From Thermoanaerobaculia bacterium (GTDB lineage Bacteria > Acidobacteriota > Thermoanaerobaculia > Gp7-AA8): DNA of 64,000 bases. The notes under the pieces were generated by a model. That model was not told where the DNA came from. It searched no databases and saw nothing but the letters and a program-made list of their open reading frames with translations. Both the position numbers and the translations under genes were made by a program. Shown here one piece after another: positions 33,683-44,439 of the stretch (position 1 is its first letter; each line of letters starts with the position of its first letter). Location: contig DASWBH010000037.1 of assembly GCA_036390755.1 (NCBI GenBank), positions 2,185 to 66,184 on the forward strand, read 5' to 3'.

Positions 33683-34294
33683 CTACTTCTCGATCCGCTT
33701 GATGTCGATCACGTCGCCGGAGATCGAGCCGGGCGTGAACGAGTCGCGGATCTGTTGCGTCGTCATGTAGTGCAGCTTCGCTGTCGTCTGATAGCGGTCA
33801 GCATCAATGACGAGCCGGTTGAGCAGCTTCGCGTGCCGGCGCTCGTACGTGTAGTGGACGATGTCGGGATACAGAGCGCCTGCGGCGGTCAACCCGAAGG
33901 CAAACAGGTCCTCGAAAATCGGGATGAACGGCATCGCGATGATGATGCTGCCGATGATCAGGCCGCCCAGGGCGAAGATGAAGCGCGCCGCGGGATCGCC
34001 GCGGCGGAACACGCCGAAGCCGTTTCGCTCCAGGGCGTTCATTTCCGTCGCGGCGGCGATGTACTGAGGCATTGCGGTGTTCAGCACTTCGTTCTGCAAT
34101 GACTCCCAGTACGCTGCCGAGCCGCCGAACTCGTCGTAGGCCGCTTTGATCCCGGCGAGCTTGTCGCGCGCGATCGCATCCAGCCCGCTCTCCATCTGGT
34201 CGGCGTCGATGCCGCGACGGCGATGCTCGCATTCCTGCAGGACCGCAAACACGACCTGCGCGAAGTCGTACTCGGGGCCGGCGATGTTGAGCAT
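33683..34294 (-). CDS. Hypothetical membrane protein, third gene of the SPFH operon
   Basis: One central TM helix (FIFALGGLIIGSIIIAMPFIPIF). Its start codon overlaps the stop of the upstream SPFH gene. Confidence 0.5.
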   Translation of the reverse strand: MLNIAGPEYDFAQVVFAVLQECEHRRRGIDADQMESGLDAIARDKLAGIKAAYDEFGGSAAYWESLQNEVLNTAMPQYIAAATEMNALERNGFGVFRRGDPAARFIFALGGLIIGSIIIAMPFIPIFEDLFAFGLTAAGALYPDIVHYTYERRHAKLLNRLVIDADRYQTTAKLHYMTTQQIRDSFTPGSISGDVIDIKRIEK

Positions 34295-35313
34295 TACTGT
34301 TTCTGTTCTGCCTGTTGCTGCGCGTACTGAATCACGCCGAGCTGCTGCAGGAGCTTGTTGCCGTCGATGATCACGTTGCCGTTCGGCAGCTTCGGAATCT
34401 GACGGATTTCTTTTTTCTGCAATGCCTCGATGAGCTGCAGGGTCACGTAGGCGTCGCCGGCGCTGCTGTTGAGCGCTGCCCGCTCTTTGCGGATGCCTTC
34501 GGCGACTGCGTTGCGCTCGGCGAGCGTGGCCTGGGCCTCCTGCTGCCGGCGCACGACATACGCGTCGGCGTTGCGGCGGGTCTGCTCGAGCGCGCCCTGC
34601 GAGCGCGTCAGCAGCTCCGTCAATTCGGCGATTTTCGTCTGCAGGTTGGCCTGATTCGCCTCATTCGTCGCCAGGATCTGCGCCTCGAGCTTCTCGGCCT
34701 GCTTCTCCGCTTCCTTGCGCCCATTGATCAGGCGCTGATAGTCGGGCTTGAAGGAGAAGTCGCCGAGGATGACGTTCTCGACGATGATGCCATAGGGTTT
34801 GAGCTGCGCGGCGAGTACGTTCGTGGCGTCGCGCGCCGCGGCGAACCGCAGGTCCGGGTTGTAGTACTCCTCGGAGTCGAGCCGGTTGAGCACGTCGCGC
34901 ACATAAGAGCGCGCATCCGGGCGCACCAGGCGCTCCTTGATCATCTCGGTCGTTGGCGCGACCGTTTGCCAGATGTACGCAGCGCGGGTCGGATCGATCC
35001 GCCAACGGACCGTCACGTCGGTTTCGATGTCGTTGCCGTCGCGCGTCTTGAAGCGAAGATCGTCTTTTTCTCTGCGATCGCCTTCGCTGGATTTCGCCGA
35101 CATGATGAGACTCTGGGTCTTCGTGTCGAACGTCGTCCAGTCGTTCACGATGGGCATGAAGAAATAGGTGGCGCCCGGATCGGCGATCTCGGTCGAGTGC
35201 GTGACCTTGTTGAACTTCACGCCGACTTCAGTCGCCGCGGTCGTATGTGGCGTGCACGCCGACAGCGCGATGAGCAGCGCCGCGGCAAGTGTGAGCGTAC
35301 AGAGTCTTTTCAT
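34294..35313 (-). CDS. SPFH/band-7 domain lipoprotein (HflC/flotillin-like)
   Basis: Lipobox (LIALSAC), an SPFH domain, and a C-terminal coiled coil (QAEKLEAQILATNEANQ...). Confidence 0.7.
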   Translation of the reverse strand: MKRLCTLTLAAALLIALSACTPHTTAATEVGVKFNKVTHSTEIADPGATYFFMPIVNDWTTFDTKTQSLIMSAKSSEGDRREKDDLRFKTRDGNDIETDVTVRWRIDPTRAAYIWQTVAPTTEMIKERLVRPDARSYVRDVLNRLDSEEYYNPDLRFAAARDATNVLAAQLKPYGIIVENVILGDFSFKPDYQRLINGRKEAEKQAEKLEAQILATNEANQANLQTKIAELTELLTRSQGALEQTRRNADAYVVRRQQEAQATLAERNAVAEGIRKERAALNSSAGDAYVTLQLIEALQKKEIRQIPKLPNGNVIIDGNKLLQQLGVIQYAQQQAEQKQ

Positions 35314-35323
35314 GGCCGGTTCC

Positions 35324-36376
35324 TCAGTGGCTCGCGGCGAGCCGCGTCAGGTCAGTCGGGTCCTCGCTGATGTAGATCGGACCCTTGATGCTGTTCAGAA
35401 TGGCCAGACCTTTGCGGAGCCGCAGCAGCTTGTCCGAGCCTGCTCCTTCCATCGCCTTGTTGATCAGCTCCGTTCCGTGCGCGTCCGCGCTCTTCACGAG
35501 CAGGTCGGCTTCGGCGTGTTTGGAGCGCTCGTACAGATCTCGGCCGGCGTCGATCCCCGTGATCTGCGCCTGAAATTCGGCCGCTTTCACGTTGATCATG
35601 TTCTGGCCTTGAGCGACCGTCTGTTTGAGCCGTGTCTCGACTTCGGCCTGTTTCGCCAGCGCGCGGTTCGTCAGCACCGACTGGTCCTGAATCTTCTTCT
35701 GCTCCGTCAGCGCCTGGAACGTGTCGGGATAGTCGTACTGCCGGATGAGCACGTCGGCGAGCTCCAGGCCGTTTTCGGCGAACCTCTGTGCGAGATCGCG
35801 CTTCAGATCGTGCACTTTTGCGATCCGTTGGTCGCGGTAGAACTCCTCGGCTCGCAGCTCGCCGAGGTGCTGTTTGACCGTCGGGTCCGTGAAGCGGATG
35901 ACGACGTTGTCCTCGTAGCCTTTGCCGAATCCGAATCGCGACACGACCTTGAACGGGTCAGCGATGCGATAGAGCACCGTAATGTCGAGTGCGACCGGAT
36001 AGCCGTCGACCGTCGGCACGTTGACGGCAGGAATCGTTCGATGATCGGCGCCGCGCTCGGTCGGATCGTTCGTAAACTCGATCGCCTGAACGTCGCGGCG
36101 GAAGGTCCGAACGGTTTCATAGCCGCGGATCTGCCGGCGATAACCCGACTGGATGAGGTTCTTCTGCAGTCCCTTGTTCGGACCGAATGAGACCTGCCGC
36201 AGCCCGATCTCGCCCGGTGCGACGTATGTGAACACGCACGCGCGAAGGAACAGCACCGGAGAAATGATCAACAGGATCTTCGCCAGAGCCGAGACAAGGC
36301 CGCCCCCGAAAGAGGGAAGGTGGATCGGAAACCGCGCCCGGAAGCGAGGCGCCGCCGTTGTGCTCTCGTACATCAT
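35324..36376 (-). CDS. SPFH/band-7 domain membrane protein (HflK-like)
   Basis: N-terminal TM helix, an SPFH domain, and a coiled-coil tail. Confidence 0.75.
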   Translation of the reverse strand: MMYESTTAAPRFRARFPIHLPSFGGGLVSALAKILLIISPVLFLRACVFTYVAPGEIGLRQVSFGPNKGLQKNLIQSGYRRQIRGYETVRTFRRDVQAIEFTNDPTERGADHRTIPAVNVPTVDGYPVALDITVLYRIADPFKVVSRFGFGKGYEDNVVIRFTDPTVKQHLGELRAEEFYRDQRIAKVHDLKRDLAQRFAENGLELADVLIRQYDYPDTFQALTEQKKIQDQSVLTNRALAKQAEVETRLKQTVAQGQNMINVKAAEFQAQITGIDAGRDLYERSKHAEADLLVKSADAHGTELINKAMEGAGSDKLLRLRKGLAILNSIKGPIYISEDPTDLTRLAASH

Positions 36377-36499
36377 TGTGCCTGCCTTTGTTGGTGGGAC
36401 CGTCGGCGGGATTCTAAATTATTTTCAGCAGGGAAGCTGGATTTTCGGGCCTCTGCGTTAGAATTCGCCGTTTTCACGAGCAGGAGCAAAACCGCACAA

Positions 36500-37999
36500 A
36501 TGACAGCAACACTCGAAGTTACGCATCAGTTCGACGCCGCCGCGGCGGCAGGACGGACGCCGTTCAAGGTCCGCGATCTCTCCCTCGCCATTCTCGGCCG
36601 TTCCGAGATCCGGCTGGCCGAGCATGAGATGCCGGGCTTGATGGCCGTCCGGCAGAAGTACGGGAAAGACAAGCCGCTCGAGGGCGCGCGAATCATGGGC
36701 TCGCTGCACATGACCATTCAGACCGCCGTCCTCATCGAGACGCTGCAACTCCTCGGCGCCGACGTGCGCTGGGTGTCGTGCAACATTTTCTCGACGCAGG
36801 ATCACGCGGCGGCGGCAGTGGTCGTGGGACGTCCGGAAACCGGCGGCACGATCGAGAACCCGCGAGGCATTCCGGTATTTGCGTGGAAGGGCGAGACGCT
36901 GGAGGAGTACTGGTGGTGCACGTCGGAAGCGCTGATGTGGCCCGACGGCGCCGGCCCGAACCTGATTGTCGATGACGGCGGCGACGCCACTCTGCTGGTT
37001 CATAAAGGCGCGGAGTGCGAAGGCAAGAAGCGCGTCCCCGACTTCAATCCGTCCGATGATCCTGAAGAGTGGGGCGTCATTCTCGACCTCCTTCGCGCCG
37101 AGCTCGCACGCGATCCGCAGCGCTGGACGCGCGTCGTCGCGAACATCAAAGGCGTGTCCGAGGAGACGACGACGGGCGTGCACAGGCTGTATCAGATGAT
37201 GGAGAGCGGAGCGCTGCTGTTCCCGGCCATCAACGTCAATGACTCTGTGACGAAGTCGAAATTCGACAATATCTATGGATGCCGCCACTCGGTCATCGAC
37301 GGTCTCAATCGTGCCACCGACGTGATGATCGCCGGCAAGCTGGCCGTCGTTTGCGGGTACGGCGAAGTCGGCAAAGGCTGCGCGCAGGCGTTGCGCGGAC
37401 AGGGCGCGCGCGTCGTCGTCACGGAAATCGATCCGATCTGCGCGCTGCAGGCCTCAATGGAAGGCTATGAAGTGCGCCGCCTGGAAAGCGTGGTCGAGAA
37501 GGTGGACATCTTCGTCACCGCGACCGGCAACCGGAACATCATTACGGCCGAGCACATGTCGCGGATGAAGAACAAGGCCATCGTCAGCAACATCGGGCAT
37601 TTCGACAACGAGATCGACATGGCCGGGCTGAAGAAGGTCGCCGGAATCCGCAAGGTCAACATCAAGCCGCAGTACGACGAGTGGGTCTTCCCGGACGGCC
37701 ACTCCGTTCTCGTTCTGGCCGAAGGCCGCCTGATGAATCTGGGCTGCGCGACCGGCCATCCGTCGTTCGTGATGTCCGCGTCGTTTACGAATCAGGTTCT
37801 TGCGCAGCTCGCGCTATGGCAGAACAAAGGCGAGTATCAGAAACAGGTTTATGTCCTGCCGAAACATCTCGATGAAGAAGTGGCGCGTCTCCATCTGGCG
37901 CACCTCGACGTCGAGCTCACCGCCCTGACGCCCGATCAGTCCAACTACCTCGGAATCCCGATTGAGGGACCGTACAAGTCCGATCATTATCGGTATTGA
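36500..37999 (+). CDS. ahcY: Adenosylhomocysteinase
   Basis: Conserved AdoHcyase sequence with an NAD-binding [10 protein letters not shown] motif. AGGAGC RBS; start at the ATG at 36500. Confidence 0.9.
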   Translation: MTATLEVTHQFDAAAAAGRTPFKVRDLSLAILGRSEIRLAEHEMPGLMAVRQKYGKDKPLEGARIMGSLHMTIQTAVLIETLQLLGADVRWVSCNIFSTQDHAAAAVVVGRPETGGTIENPRGIPVFAWKGETLEEYWWCTSEALMWPDGAGPNLIVDDGGDATLLVHKGAECEGKKRVPDFNPSDDPEEWGVILDLLRAELARDPQRWTRVVANIKGVSEETTTGVHRLYQMMESGALLFPAINVNDSVTKSKFDNIYGCRHSVIDGLNRATDVMIAGKLAVVCGYGEVGKGCAQALRGQGARVVVTEIDPICALQASMEGYEVRRLESVVEKVDIFVTATGNRNIITAEHMSRMKNKAIVSNIGHFDNEIDMAGLKKVAGIRKVNIKPQYDEWVFPDGHSVLVLAEGRLMNLGCATGHPSFVMSASFTNQVLAQLALWQNKGEYQKQVYVLPKHLDEEVARLHLAHLDVELTALTPDQSNYLGIPIEGPYKSDHYRY

Positions 38000-38009
38000 T
38001 TTCATTATG

Positions 38010-38032
38010 GGGGCCGGTGCAAAGCCGGCCCC
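38010..38032 (+). terminator. GC-rich hairpin after ahcY
   Basis: GGGGCCGG-tgcaaag-CCGGCCCC; there is no clear U-tract. Confidence 0.4.
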
Positions 38033-38098
38033 GCGTCGCGCCATTCACTCCTCTTGCACATGGTGATGTGCTATTGTGCGCGTACAGGAGGAACTTGA

Positions 38099-38581
38099 GT
38101 GGCAACACGTAAACGTAGACGACGGCGACGCGGAACAACAACCTCTTCTCCACAACAGAGCGAACTCAGTCCGGGACAGGCGAAGTATGTGCTCGACCGC
38201 CTGGTGAACGAGCGCCAGGTTGCGCAGAGCGTCATTCAGCGGTACGTGAACGAAATGAAGCGCGAGATCGGTGAGCTCGAGCGGCGTCTCGCTTCGCTGC
38301 GCGAAGCCGCCGGCGAGGCGATCCGGGGCGCGATCAGCGCCCTGACGCCGGGCCGCCGCCGCGGACGTCCTCCCGGAGGAGGAGCGAAGAAAGCAGCAGG
38401 CGGCACGAAGCGGCGCTCACGGATTACAGCCGAGCAGCTCGCTTCTCGCCAGCTTCAGGGACGCTACCTCGGATTGATCCGCCAGATCCCGGCCAGCCGG
38501 CGCGGGCAATATCAGAAGATTGCGAAAGAGCGCGGCCGCGAGTCGGCGATCAAGGAAATGCAGTCGGCTCTCAACAAATAG
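38099..38581 (+). CDS. Highly basic K/R-rich protein with coiled coil (putative nucleic-acid binding)
   Basis: RKRRRRRRG N-terminus and a central RRRGRPPGGGAKKAAGGTKRR stretch. AGGAGG RBS 7 nt before a GTG start. Confidence 0.55.
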   Translation: MATRKRRRRRRGTTTSSPQQSELSPGQAKYVLDRLVNERQVAQSVIQRYVNEMKREIGELERRLASLREAAGEAIRGAISALTPGRRRGRPPGGGAKKAAGGTKRRSRITAEQLASRQLQGRYLGLIRQIPASRRGQYQKIAKERGRESAIKEMQSALNK

Positions 38582-38627
38582 TCCCACCGCATGCGCGGCG
38601 GCCGGCATCGGCCGCCGCTCTTCCCAT

Positions 38628-39052
38628 TCATTGCGGACTGACGAGCGTGACACGTTGCGTGTCGTTGTTTGTGATGCTCACGAACGTCCAGTAGCGGCTC
38701 CCGGTAGTCAGCGGGTCGACGTCGATGCGCATCGCGGCTGTCGCCCGTGGGTTCGTCAACAGGTTCGCGAACTGCGAGTATTCGGCATAAGCGGGATGCA
38801 CGCGAAACGGGCCGGTTTCCGCAGAACTCACTGGCAATGTAAATTGCACAATCGGAATGTCGCTTTTGCCGGACACGGCAGGAGGCACGCAAATCCGGGC
38901 GGAAGTCCGAAGTGTTCGCCGAAGAGGGTGACGCGACTGCCACCGCTGGCTGGACCCGTGGGCGGCGAAATGGAGCGGATCACCGGAGAGTCTTGTGCGA
39001 ACAGCGGAGCGGACGCGAGAAGCAGAACGGCGAGGCGTCTCATGCGGCACAT
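38628..39052 (-). pseudogene. Small secreted IPT/TIG-domain protein split over two frames
   Basis: Frame A carries a signal peptide plus ISPPTGPASGGSRVTLFGEHFG and stops at 38828. Frame B continues with an IPT-like beta-strand sequence down to 38628. The shift lies around 38860-38900. Confidence 0.4.
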
Positions 39053-39066
39053 CGTAAACTCGCGGC

Positions 39067-40410
39067 GTGATCAAGACGGCGACGTTTCTGCTGCTGCTGA
39101 TCGGTGGCTCTTTGCGCGCATCGACAACGATCGCGATCGTCCATTTCTCCGACTATCACTCGCACGCGCTGCCGTTCTATGTCGAGGGAGGCGAGCGCGG
39201 TGGTCTTGCGCGCGCGATCGGATTTCTGGAGCGCGCGAAACGTCGCGGCGCGCTCGTCTTCAACGGCGGCGACATGATGAACAGAGGAGCGCCGGCCTGG
39301 TCGGACAGATACCGCTGCGCCGAATGGCCGTGGTTCAACGGCATCGTGGACGCGATGGCGTTCGGCAATCACGACGCCGATTACGGCAAGGACGATTGGA
39401 ACCGCTGCCGAAGTGCTGTTGCGTATCCGATTCTCAGCGCGAACACGACCGGTTTCGAGCGTTACCGCGTTTTCGTGCGACACGGCATCCGCATCGGCGT
39501 CTTCGCGATCGCCGGCAGCGATTTTCCTAAGCTCGTCACGAACGCGCAGTTCGCGTACTCGGATCCGATCGCCAGCGCGCGCGACGTCGTCGACACGCTG
39601 CGAAATCGTGAGCACGCCGATGCCGTCGTGATGATCGGACACGAGCACGCCCAGGATGACTACAAGCTCGCCTCCGCGGTTCCCGGCATCGACGTGATCC
39701 TCGGCACGCATACGCATCTGAAGCGCGAGCTCACGCGGATTCCGGGAACGCAGACGTGGTTCATCTCGCCGTATCAGTACCTTGCGTATGTGAGCGAGGT
39801 CGAGCTGACATTTCAGAAGCACAAGCTCGCGTCGGTTCGCGGACGCCTCGTGCCGATCGACGCGTCGGTGAAGCCGGACGCAAAGATCGCCGGCCGCGTC
39901 GGCGCGATGCAGCGCGACCTCGAGCGCGACCCCGTGTACCGCGACCTCTTTGTGCCAATCGCACGTCTTCGCCGGCCGATGGAGCTCGACTCAGTCGCGC
40001 GGTTCACGCTCGAAGCGATGCGTGACGCGGCACATGCCGATGCGGCGCTGTCGACGACGAGCAGCTTCCGCCAGCCTTTGCCGTCGGGCACGATCGATCT
40101 GGAGACTCTTCGCGCAGCGCTGCCGTACGACAACGAGATCGTCGTCGGCCAAATGCGCGGCGACAAATTGCAGGCGCTGCTTGAGCGAGCGAACACGGCT
40201 GATCCGGCCAGCGACGCTCGCGCGTTCGCGATCGCGCCGCCGCAGATCGACGACGCGCGCACGTACACCGTGGCGGTCACCGACTACATGAGCGGCGTGA
40301 GCGCTGCGTATCGCGATCTTTTCGAAGGCGTGAAATGGACCAGCAGCGGCGCCCGCGTGCGCTCGGAGGTCAGAAAACGCCTGGCAGCGCAGTGGCCCTC
40401 CGCACCTTGA
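39067..40410 (+). CDS. Secreted metallophosphoesterase / 5'-nucleotidase (UshA-like)
   Basis: Signal peptide, a calcineurin-like motif (GGDMMNRG, GNHD), and a C-terminal 5'-nucleotidase domain. GTG start. Confidence 0.75.
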   Translation: MIKTATFLLLLIGGSLRASTTIAIVHFSDYHSHALPFYVEGGERGGLARAIGFLERAKRRGALVFNGGDMMNRGAPAWSDRYRCAEWPWFNGIVDAMAFGNHDADYGKDDWNRCRSAVAYPILSANTTGFERYRVFVRHGIRIGVFAIAGSDFPKLVTNAQFAYSDPIASARDVVDTLRNREHADAVVMIGHEHAQDDYKLASAVPGIDVILGTHTHLKRELTRIPGTQTWFISPYQYLAYVSEVELTFQKHKLASVRGRLVPIDASVKPDAKIAGRVGAMQRDLERDPVYRDLFVPIARLRRPMELDSVARFTLEAMRDAAHADAALSTTSSFRQPLPSGTIDLETLRAALPYDNEIVVGQMRGDKLQALLERANTADPASDARAFAIAPPQIDDARTYTVAVTDYMSGVSAAYRDLFEGVKWTSSGARVRSEVRKRLAAQWPSAP

Positions 40411-40529
40411 CCGAGGGACGGCGTCGAATATGATGTCCGACCGGAATGGCGCGCTCGATCGCGCGGGACGCGCGACAACCTTTCGCCACACCCGCACCGG
40501 ACCATCCAAACCCGCGAGGTGAGTTTTCG

Positions 40530-41213
40530 ATGTCGTTCTTGGGCAATTTCTATCGCTCCGCCGTCGGGAAAAAGGCGGTCATGGCCGTGACCGGAGTGAT
40601 CCTCTTCGGATGGATCTTCCTGCACATGGTCGGCAACCTGAAGCTGTATCTCGGGCCGGAGCACATGAATGAATACGCGCACTGGCTGCGCACCCTCGGC
40701 ACGCCGGCACTGCCGCAGACGACAGCGCTGTGGATCTCGCGCCTGGTGCTGCTCGTCGCGGTGGTGCTGCACATCCACGCCGCGTACGCGCTGACGATGA
40801 TGAATCGCGCGGCGCGGCCGGTCGCCTATCGCGACCGCGACTACGTCGCCGCGACCTACGCCGCACGGACGATGCGCTGGGGCGGCGTGATCATTCTGCT
40901 GTTCGTCATTTACCACCTGCTGCATCTGACCGTCGGCGCCCGTGTCGCGCCGCAGACGTTCATCGAAAACGATCCCTACCACAACGTCGTCGCCGGATTT
41001 CAGATCTGGTGGGTGGCGGCGGTGTACATCATCGCCAACCTCGCGCTCGGCCTGCACCTGTACCACGGCGTCTGGAGCATGTTCAATTCAGTCGGCCTCA
41101 ATCATCCGAGATTCAATGCGTGGCGCCGCCACTTCGCGACGATCTTCGCGGTCCTCATCACGGTGGCGAACATCTCATTCCCGATCTCGGTACTGATCGG
41201 CATCGTAAGGTGA
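40530..41213 (+). CDS. sdhC: Succinate dehydrogenase / fumarate reductase cytochrome b subunit
   Basis: Five TM helices with conserved His residues; a single membrane-anchor subunit of about 227 aa. GAGGTGAG RBS. Confidence 0.8.
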   Translation: MSFLGNFYRSAVGKKAVMAVTGVILFGWIFLHMVGNLKLYLGPEHMNEYAHWLRTLGTPALPQTTALWISRLVLLVAVVLHIHAAYALTMMNRAARPVAYRDRDYVAATYAARTMRWGGVIILLFVIYHLLHLTVGARVAPQTFIENDPYHNVVAGFQIWWVAAVYIIANLALGLHLYHGVWSMFNSVGLNHPRFNAWRRHFATIFAVLITVANISFPISVLIGIVR

Positions 41214-41221
41214 CGGACGCA

Positions 41222-43135
41222 ATGGAACTCAACTCGAAGACCCCTCCCGGCCCGATCGAAGAGAAGTGGGAGTACGCGAAGGCGCACTACAAGCTCGTCA
41301 ATCCGTCGAACAAGCGGAAGTTCGACGTCATCGTCGTCGGTGCCGGTCTGGCCGGCGCGTCCGCTGCCGCGAGCCTGGGCGAGCTCGGCTACAACGTGAA
41401 GTGCTTTGTGTTCCACGACTCGCCGCGCCGCGCGCATTCGATTGCAGCGCAGGGCGGCATCAACGCGGCGAAGAATTACAGCAACGACGGCGACAGCGTT
41501 TATCGCCTGTTCTATGACACGATCAAAGGCGGCGACTATCGCTCACGCGAGTCGAACGTCTACCGGCTGGCCGAGCTTTCCGTCGACATCATCGACCAGG
41601 CTGTCGCGCAAGGCGTGCCGTTTGCGCGTGAGTACGGCGGCCTGCTCGAGAACCGGTCATTCGGCGGCGTGCAGGTGTCCCGCACCTTCTACGCTCGCGG
41701 ACAAACGGGTCAGCAACTGCTCCTCGGCGCATTTCAGGCGCTGGAGCGCCAGATCTCTCTCGGCGCGGTAAAGATGTTTCCGCGCCACGACATGCTCGAC
41801 GTCGTGCTCGTCGACGGCCACGCCAAGGGCATCGTCACGCGCGATCTCGTCAGCGGGCGCGTCGAGTCGCACGCCGGCGACGCCGTCGTCCTCGCCACCG
41901 GCGGTTACGCAAACGTTTTCTATCTGTCCACGAATGCGAGGGCGTCGAACGCGACCGCTATCTGGCGCGCGTACAGGCGCGGCGCCGCGTTCGCGAATCC
42001 CTGCTACACGCAGATCCATCCGACGTGCATTCCGCAGGCCGGCGATTTTCAGTCGAAGCTGACGCTGATGTCGGAGTCGCTGCGCAATGACGGCCGCATC
42101 TGGGTGCCGAAACGCGAGGGCGACAAGCGTCCGCCGCAGGAGATCCCGGAATCGGAGCGCGACTACTACCTCGAACGGAAGTATCCGAGCTTCGGCAATC
42201 TCGCGCCGCGCGACATCGCTTCACGCGCGGCGAAGGAAGTTTGCGACGAGGGGCGCGGAGTCGGCCCGAGCGGACGCGGCGTCTATCTCGACTTCGCCGA
42301 TGCCATCGAACGCCTGGGGCGCAAGACGATCGAAGAGCGCTACGGCAACCTCTTCGAGATGTACCACGACATCACAGCCGAGGATCCGTATCACGTGCCG
42401 ATGCGGATCTATCCGGCGCCGCATTACACGATGGGCGGACTGTGGGTCGACTACAACCTCATGAGCACGATCCCCGGACTGTACGTCGCCGGTGAAGCGA
42501 ATTTCTCCGATCACGGCGCCAACCGGCTCGGCGCGAGCGCGCTGATGCAGGGACTGGCCGACGGCTACTTCGTCGTGCCGATGACGGCCGGCGACTACCT
42601 CGTCGGTGAGAAGGGCAAACGTCCGACGCTCGACCGTCCTGAGTTCAAGGAAGCAGAGGCGGGAGTCAATGGCCGGCTGAACCGTCTGCTGTCGGCGAAA
42701 GGCAAGCGCAGCGTCGACTCCTACCACCGCGAGCTCGGCCTGATCATGTGGGAGTACTGCGGGATGGCGCGGTCGGCGGACGGGCTCAAGAAAGCGCTCG
42801 AGCTGGTGCGCGATCTGCGCGGGCAGTATTGGCGCGACGTCCGCGTCCTCGGTGCAGAGGAAGAGCCGAACCAGGCGTTGGAGAAGGCCGGACGGGTCGC
42901 CGACTTCTTCGAGCTGGCCGAGTTGATGTGCATCGACGCACTGCACCGCGAAGAGTCGTGCGGCGGCCATTTCCGCGTCGAACATCAGACGGCCGACGGC
43001 GAGGCGAAGCGCAATGACGACAAGTACCTGTACGTCGCAGCATGGGAGTTCAAGGGCGACGGAAACGAGCCGGTGCTGCACAAGGAACCGCTCGTCTATG
43101 AAGAAGTGAAGCTGGCGACGCGGTCCTACAAGTAA
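41222..43135 (+). CDS. sdhA: Succinate dehydrogenase / fumarate reductase flavoprotein subunit
   Basis: FAD-binding [21 protein letters not shown] (covalent-FAD His), and the catalytic Arg/His region. Confidence 0.9.
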   Translation: MELNSKTPPGPIEEKWEYAKAHYKLVNPSNKRKFDVIVVGAGLAGASAAASLGELGYNVKCFVFHDSPRRAHSIAAQGGINAAKNYSNDGDSVYRLFYDTIKGGDYRSRESNVYRLAELSVDIIDQAVAQGVPFAREYGGLLENRSFGGVQVSRTFYARGQTGQQLLLGAFQALERQISLGAVKMFPRHDMLDVVLVDGHAKGIVTRDLVSGRVESHAGDAVVLATGGYANVFYLSTNARASNATAIWRAYRRGAAFANPCYTQIHPTCIPQAGDFQSKLTLMSESLRNDGRIWVPKREGDKRPPQEIPESERDYYLERKYPSFGNLAPRDIASRAAKEVCDEGRGVGPSGRGVYLDFADAIERLGRKTIEERYGNLFEMYHDITAEDPYHVPMRIYPAPHYTMGGLWVDYNLMSTIPGLYVAGEANFSDHGANRLGASALMQGLADGYFVVPMTAGDYLVGEKGKRPTLDRPEFKEAEAGVNGRLNRLLSAKGKRSVDSYHRELGLIMWEYCGMARSADGLKKALELVRDLRGQYWRDVRVLGAEEEPNQALEKAGRVADFFELAELMCIDALHREESCGGHFRVEHQTADGEAKRNDDKYLYVAAWEFKGDGNEPVLHKEPLVYEEVKLATRSYK

Positions 43136-43160
43136 GAATGCAAGAAGGCAGAAGTCGACG

Positions 43161-43952
43161 ATGGATCTGACACTTCACGTTTGGCGGCAGAAATCGCGAG
43201 AAGCAGCCGGCGATTTCGTGATGTACAAGGCGACCGGCATCAGCCCTGATGCTTCGTTTCTCGAATTGCTCGACGTCGTCAACGAAGGGCTGATCGAGAG
43301 CGGGCAGGAGGCGATTCACTTCGAGCACGACTGCCGCGAAGGCATCTGCGGCTCGTGCGGCATGATGATCAACGGCGTCGCGCACGGCCCGCTCGGCCGC
43401 ACGGCGACGTGTCAGTTGCACATGCGCAACTTCAAGGACGGCGACGAGATCTGGATCGAGCCGTGGCGCGCGCGCGCATTTCCGGTCATCAAGGACCTGA
43501 TCGTCGACCGCAGTCCGCTCGATCGCATCATCCAGGCCGGCGGATTCATCTCCGTGAACACCGGCGCCGCTCCGGACGCAAACGAGATCCTGATTCCGAA
43601 GACGGTGCAGGAGCTCTCGATGGACGCGGCGGCGTGCATCCAGTGCGGCGCGTGTGTGGCCCAGTGCCCGAACGGTGCGGCCCAGCTCTTCACCGCCGCG
43701 AAAGTCTCGCACCTCGGACTGCTGCCGCAGGGTCAGCCGGAGCGCTGGGACCGAGTCGTCCGCATGGTCGAAGTCATGGAGTCCATGTTCGGCAGCTGCA
43801 CGATGTTCGGCGAATGCGAAGCGGTGTGCCCGAAAGGCATCTCGCTCGATTTCATCGCGCGCATGAACCGGGATTACATCAAGGCGAGGTTCAAGGCTCC
43901 GGGGGAAACAGCGCCCGCGACCGAAGAGGGCGGCAGGCTGGCAGAGGCGTAG
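43161..43952 (+). CDS. sdhB: Succinate dehydrogenase / fumarate reductase iron-sulfur subunit
   Basis: Three Fe-S cysteine clusters: 2Fe-2[11 protein letters not shown], 4Fe-4[12 protein letters not shown], and 3Fe-4[13 protein letters not shown]. Confidence 0.9.
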   Translation: MDLTLHVWRQKSREAAGDFVMYKATGISPDASFLELLDVVNEGLIESGQEAIHFEHDCREGICGSCGMMINGVAHGPLGRTATCQLHMRNFKDGDEIWIEPWRARAFPVIKDLIVDRSPLDRIIQAGGFISVNTGAAPDANEILIPKTVQELSMDAAACIQCGACVAQCPNGAAQLFTAAKVSHLGLLPQGQPERWDRVVRMVEVMESMFGSCTMFGECEAVCPKGISLDFIARMNRDYIKARFKAPGETAPATEEGGRLAEA

Positions 43953-44407
43953 TTGCCGGTGATCGGTTGTCCGTTGTCGCGGCGATGCATTGTGCAGCGA
44001 GCCGCGTCGACAACCGATAACCAGCCACTGTCGGCGTTTTTGGCCTCTTTCGATTCCTTTTCGAATTTCTTCACATCCTTTTCATGGTCGCTGACCATGT
44101 CCTTCATGCAGGCCTTCTCGAAGTCTTTGCCCTTCTTCGAAGCGAGCTCACTTCGGCCTTCATAACGAAGTGTTTGTCGCCGCCTGACAGGTTGCTGACG
44201 GTCCTGCCGGTAGAACCTGTAGTCGCAGGTGAAGCGGCGGTACTCGTGGTCGTTGCCCCTGAAGTGTCGGTCGCGCTCGTGGAAGTGGTCGATGTGTCGG
44301 TTGTCCCGGCCGCACCGTTGTCTTACTTTCTCGTTCGAGTTCCGGCATGCCACGGCGGCGACCACGAGTACCACGGCGATGAAGATGAAAAGACGATGAC
44401 GAAGCAT
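43874..44407 (-). CDS. Hypothetical secreted His/Arg/Lys-rich protein (3' end doubtful)
   Basis: Signal peptide and a low-complexity charged body. The ORF reads through the sdhB terminator hairpin and overlaps sdhB by 79 nt. Confidence 0.3.
   Translation of the reverse strand: MLRHRLFIFIAVVLVVAAVACRNSNEKVRQRCGRDNRHIDHFHERDRHFRGNDHEYRRFTCDYRFYRQDRQQPVRRRQTLRYEGRSELASKKGKDFEKACMKDMVSDHEKDVKKFEKESKEAKNADSGWLSVVDAARCTMHRRDNGQPITGNYASASLPPSSVAGAVSPGALNLALM
43952..44040 (+). terminator. Heptamer-built imperfect hairpin plus TTTT after sdhB
   Basis: GTTGCCG GTGATCG GTTGTCC GTTGTCG ... CGACAAC CGATAAC CAGCCAC ... GGCGTTTT. Confidence 0.55.
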
Positions 44408-44439
44408 CGCAGCAACTCGTTTTTGGGTGAATTTCGCGG

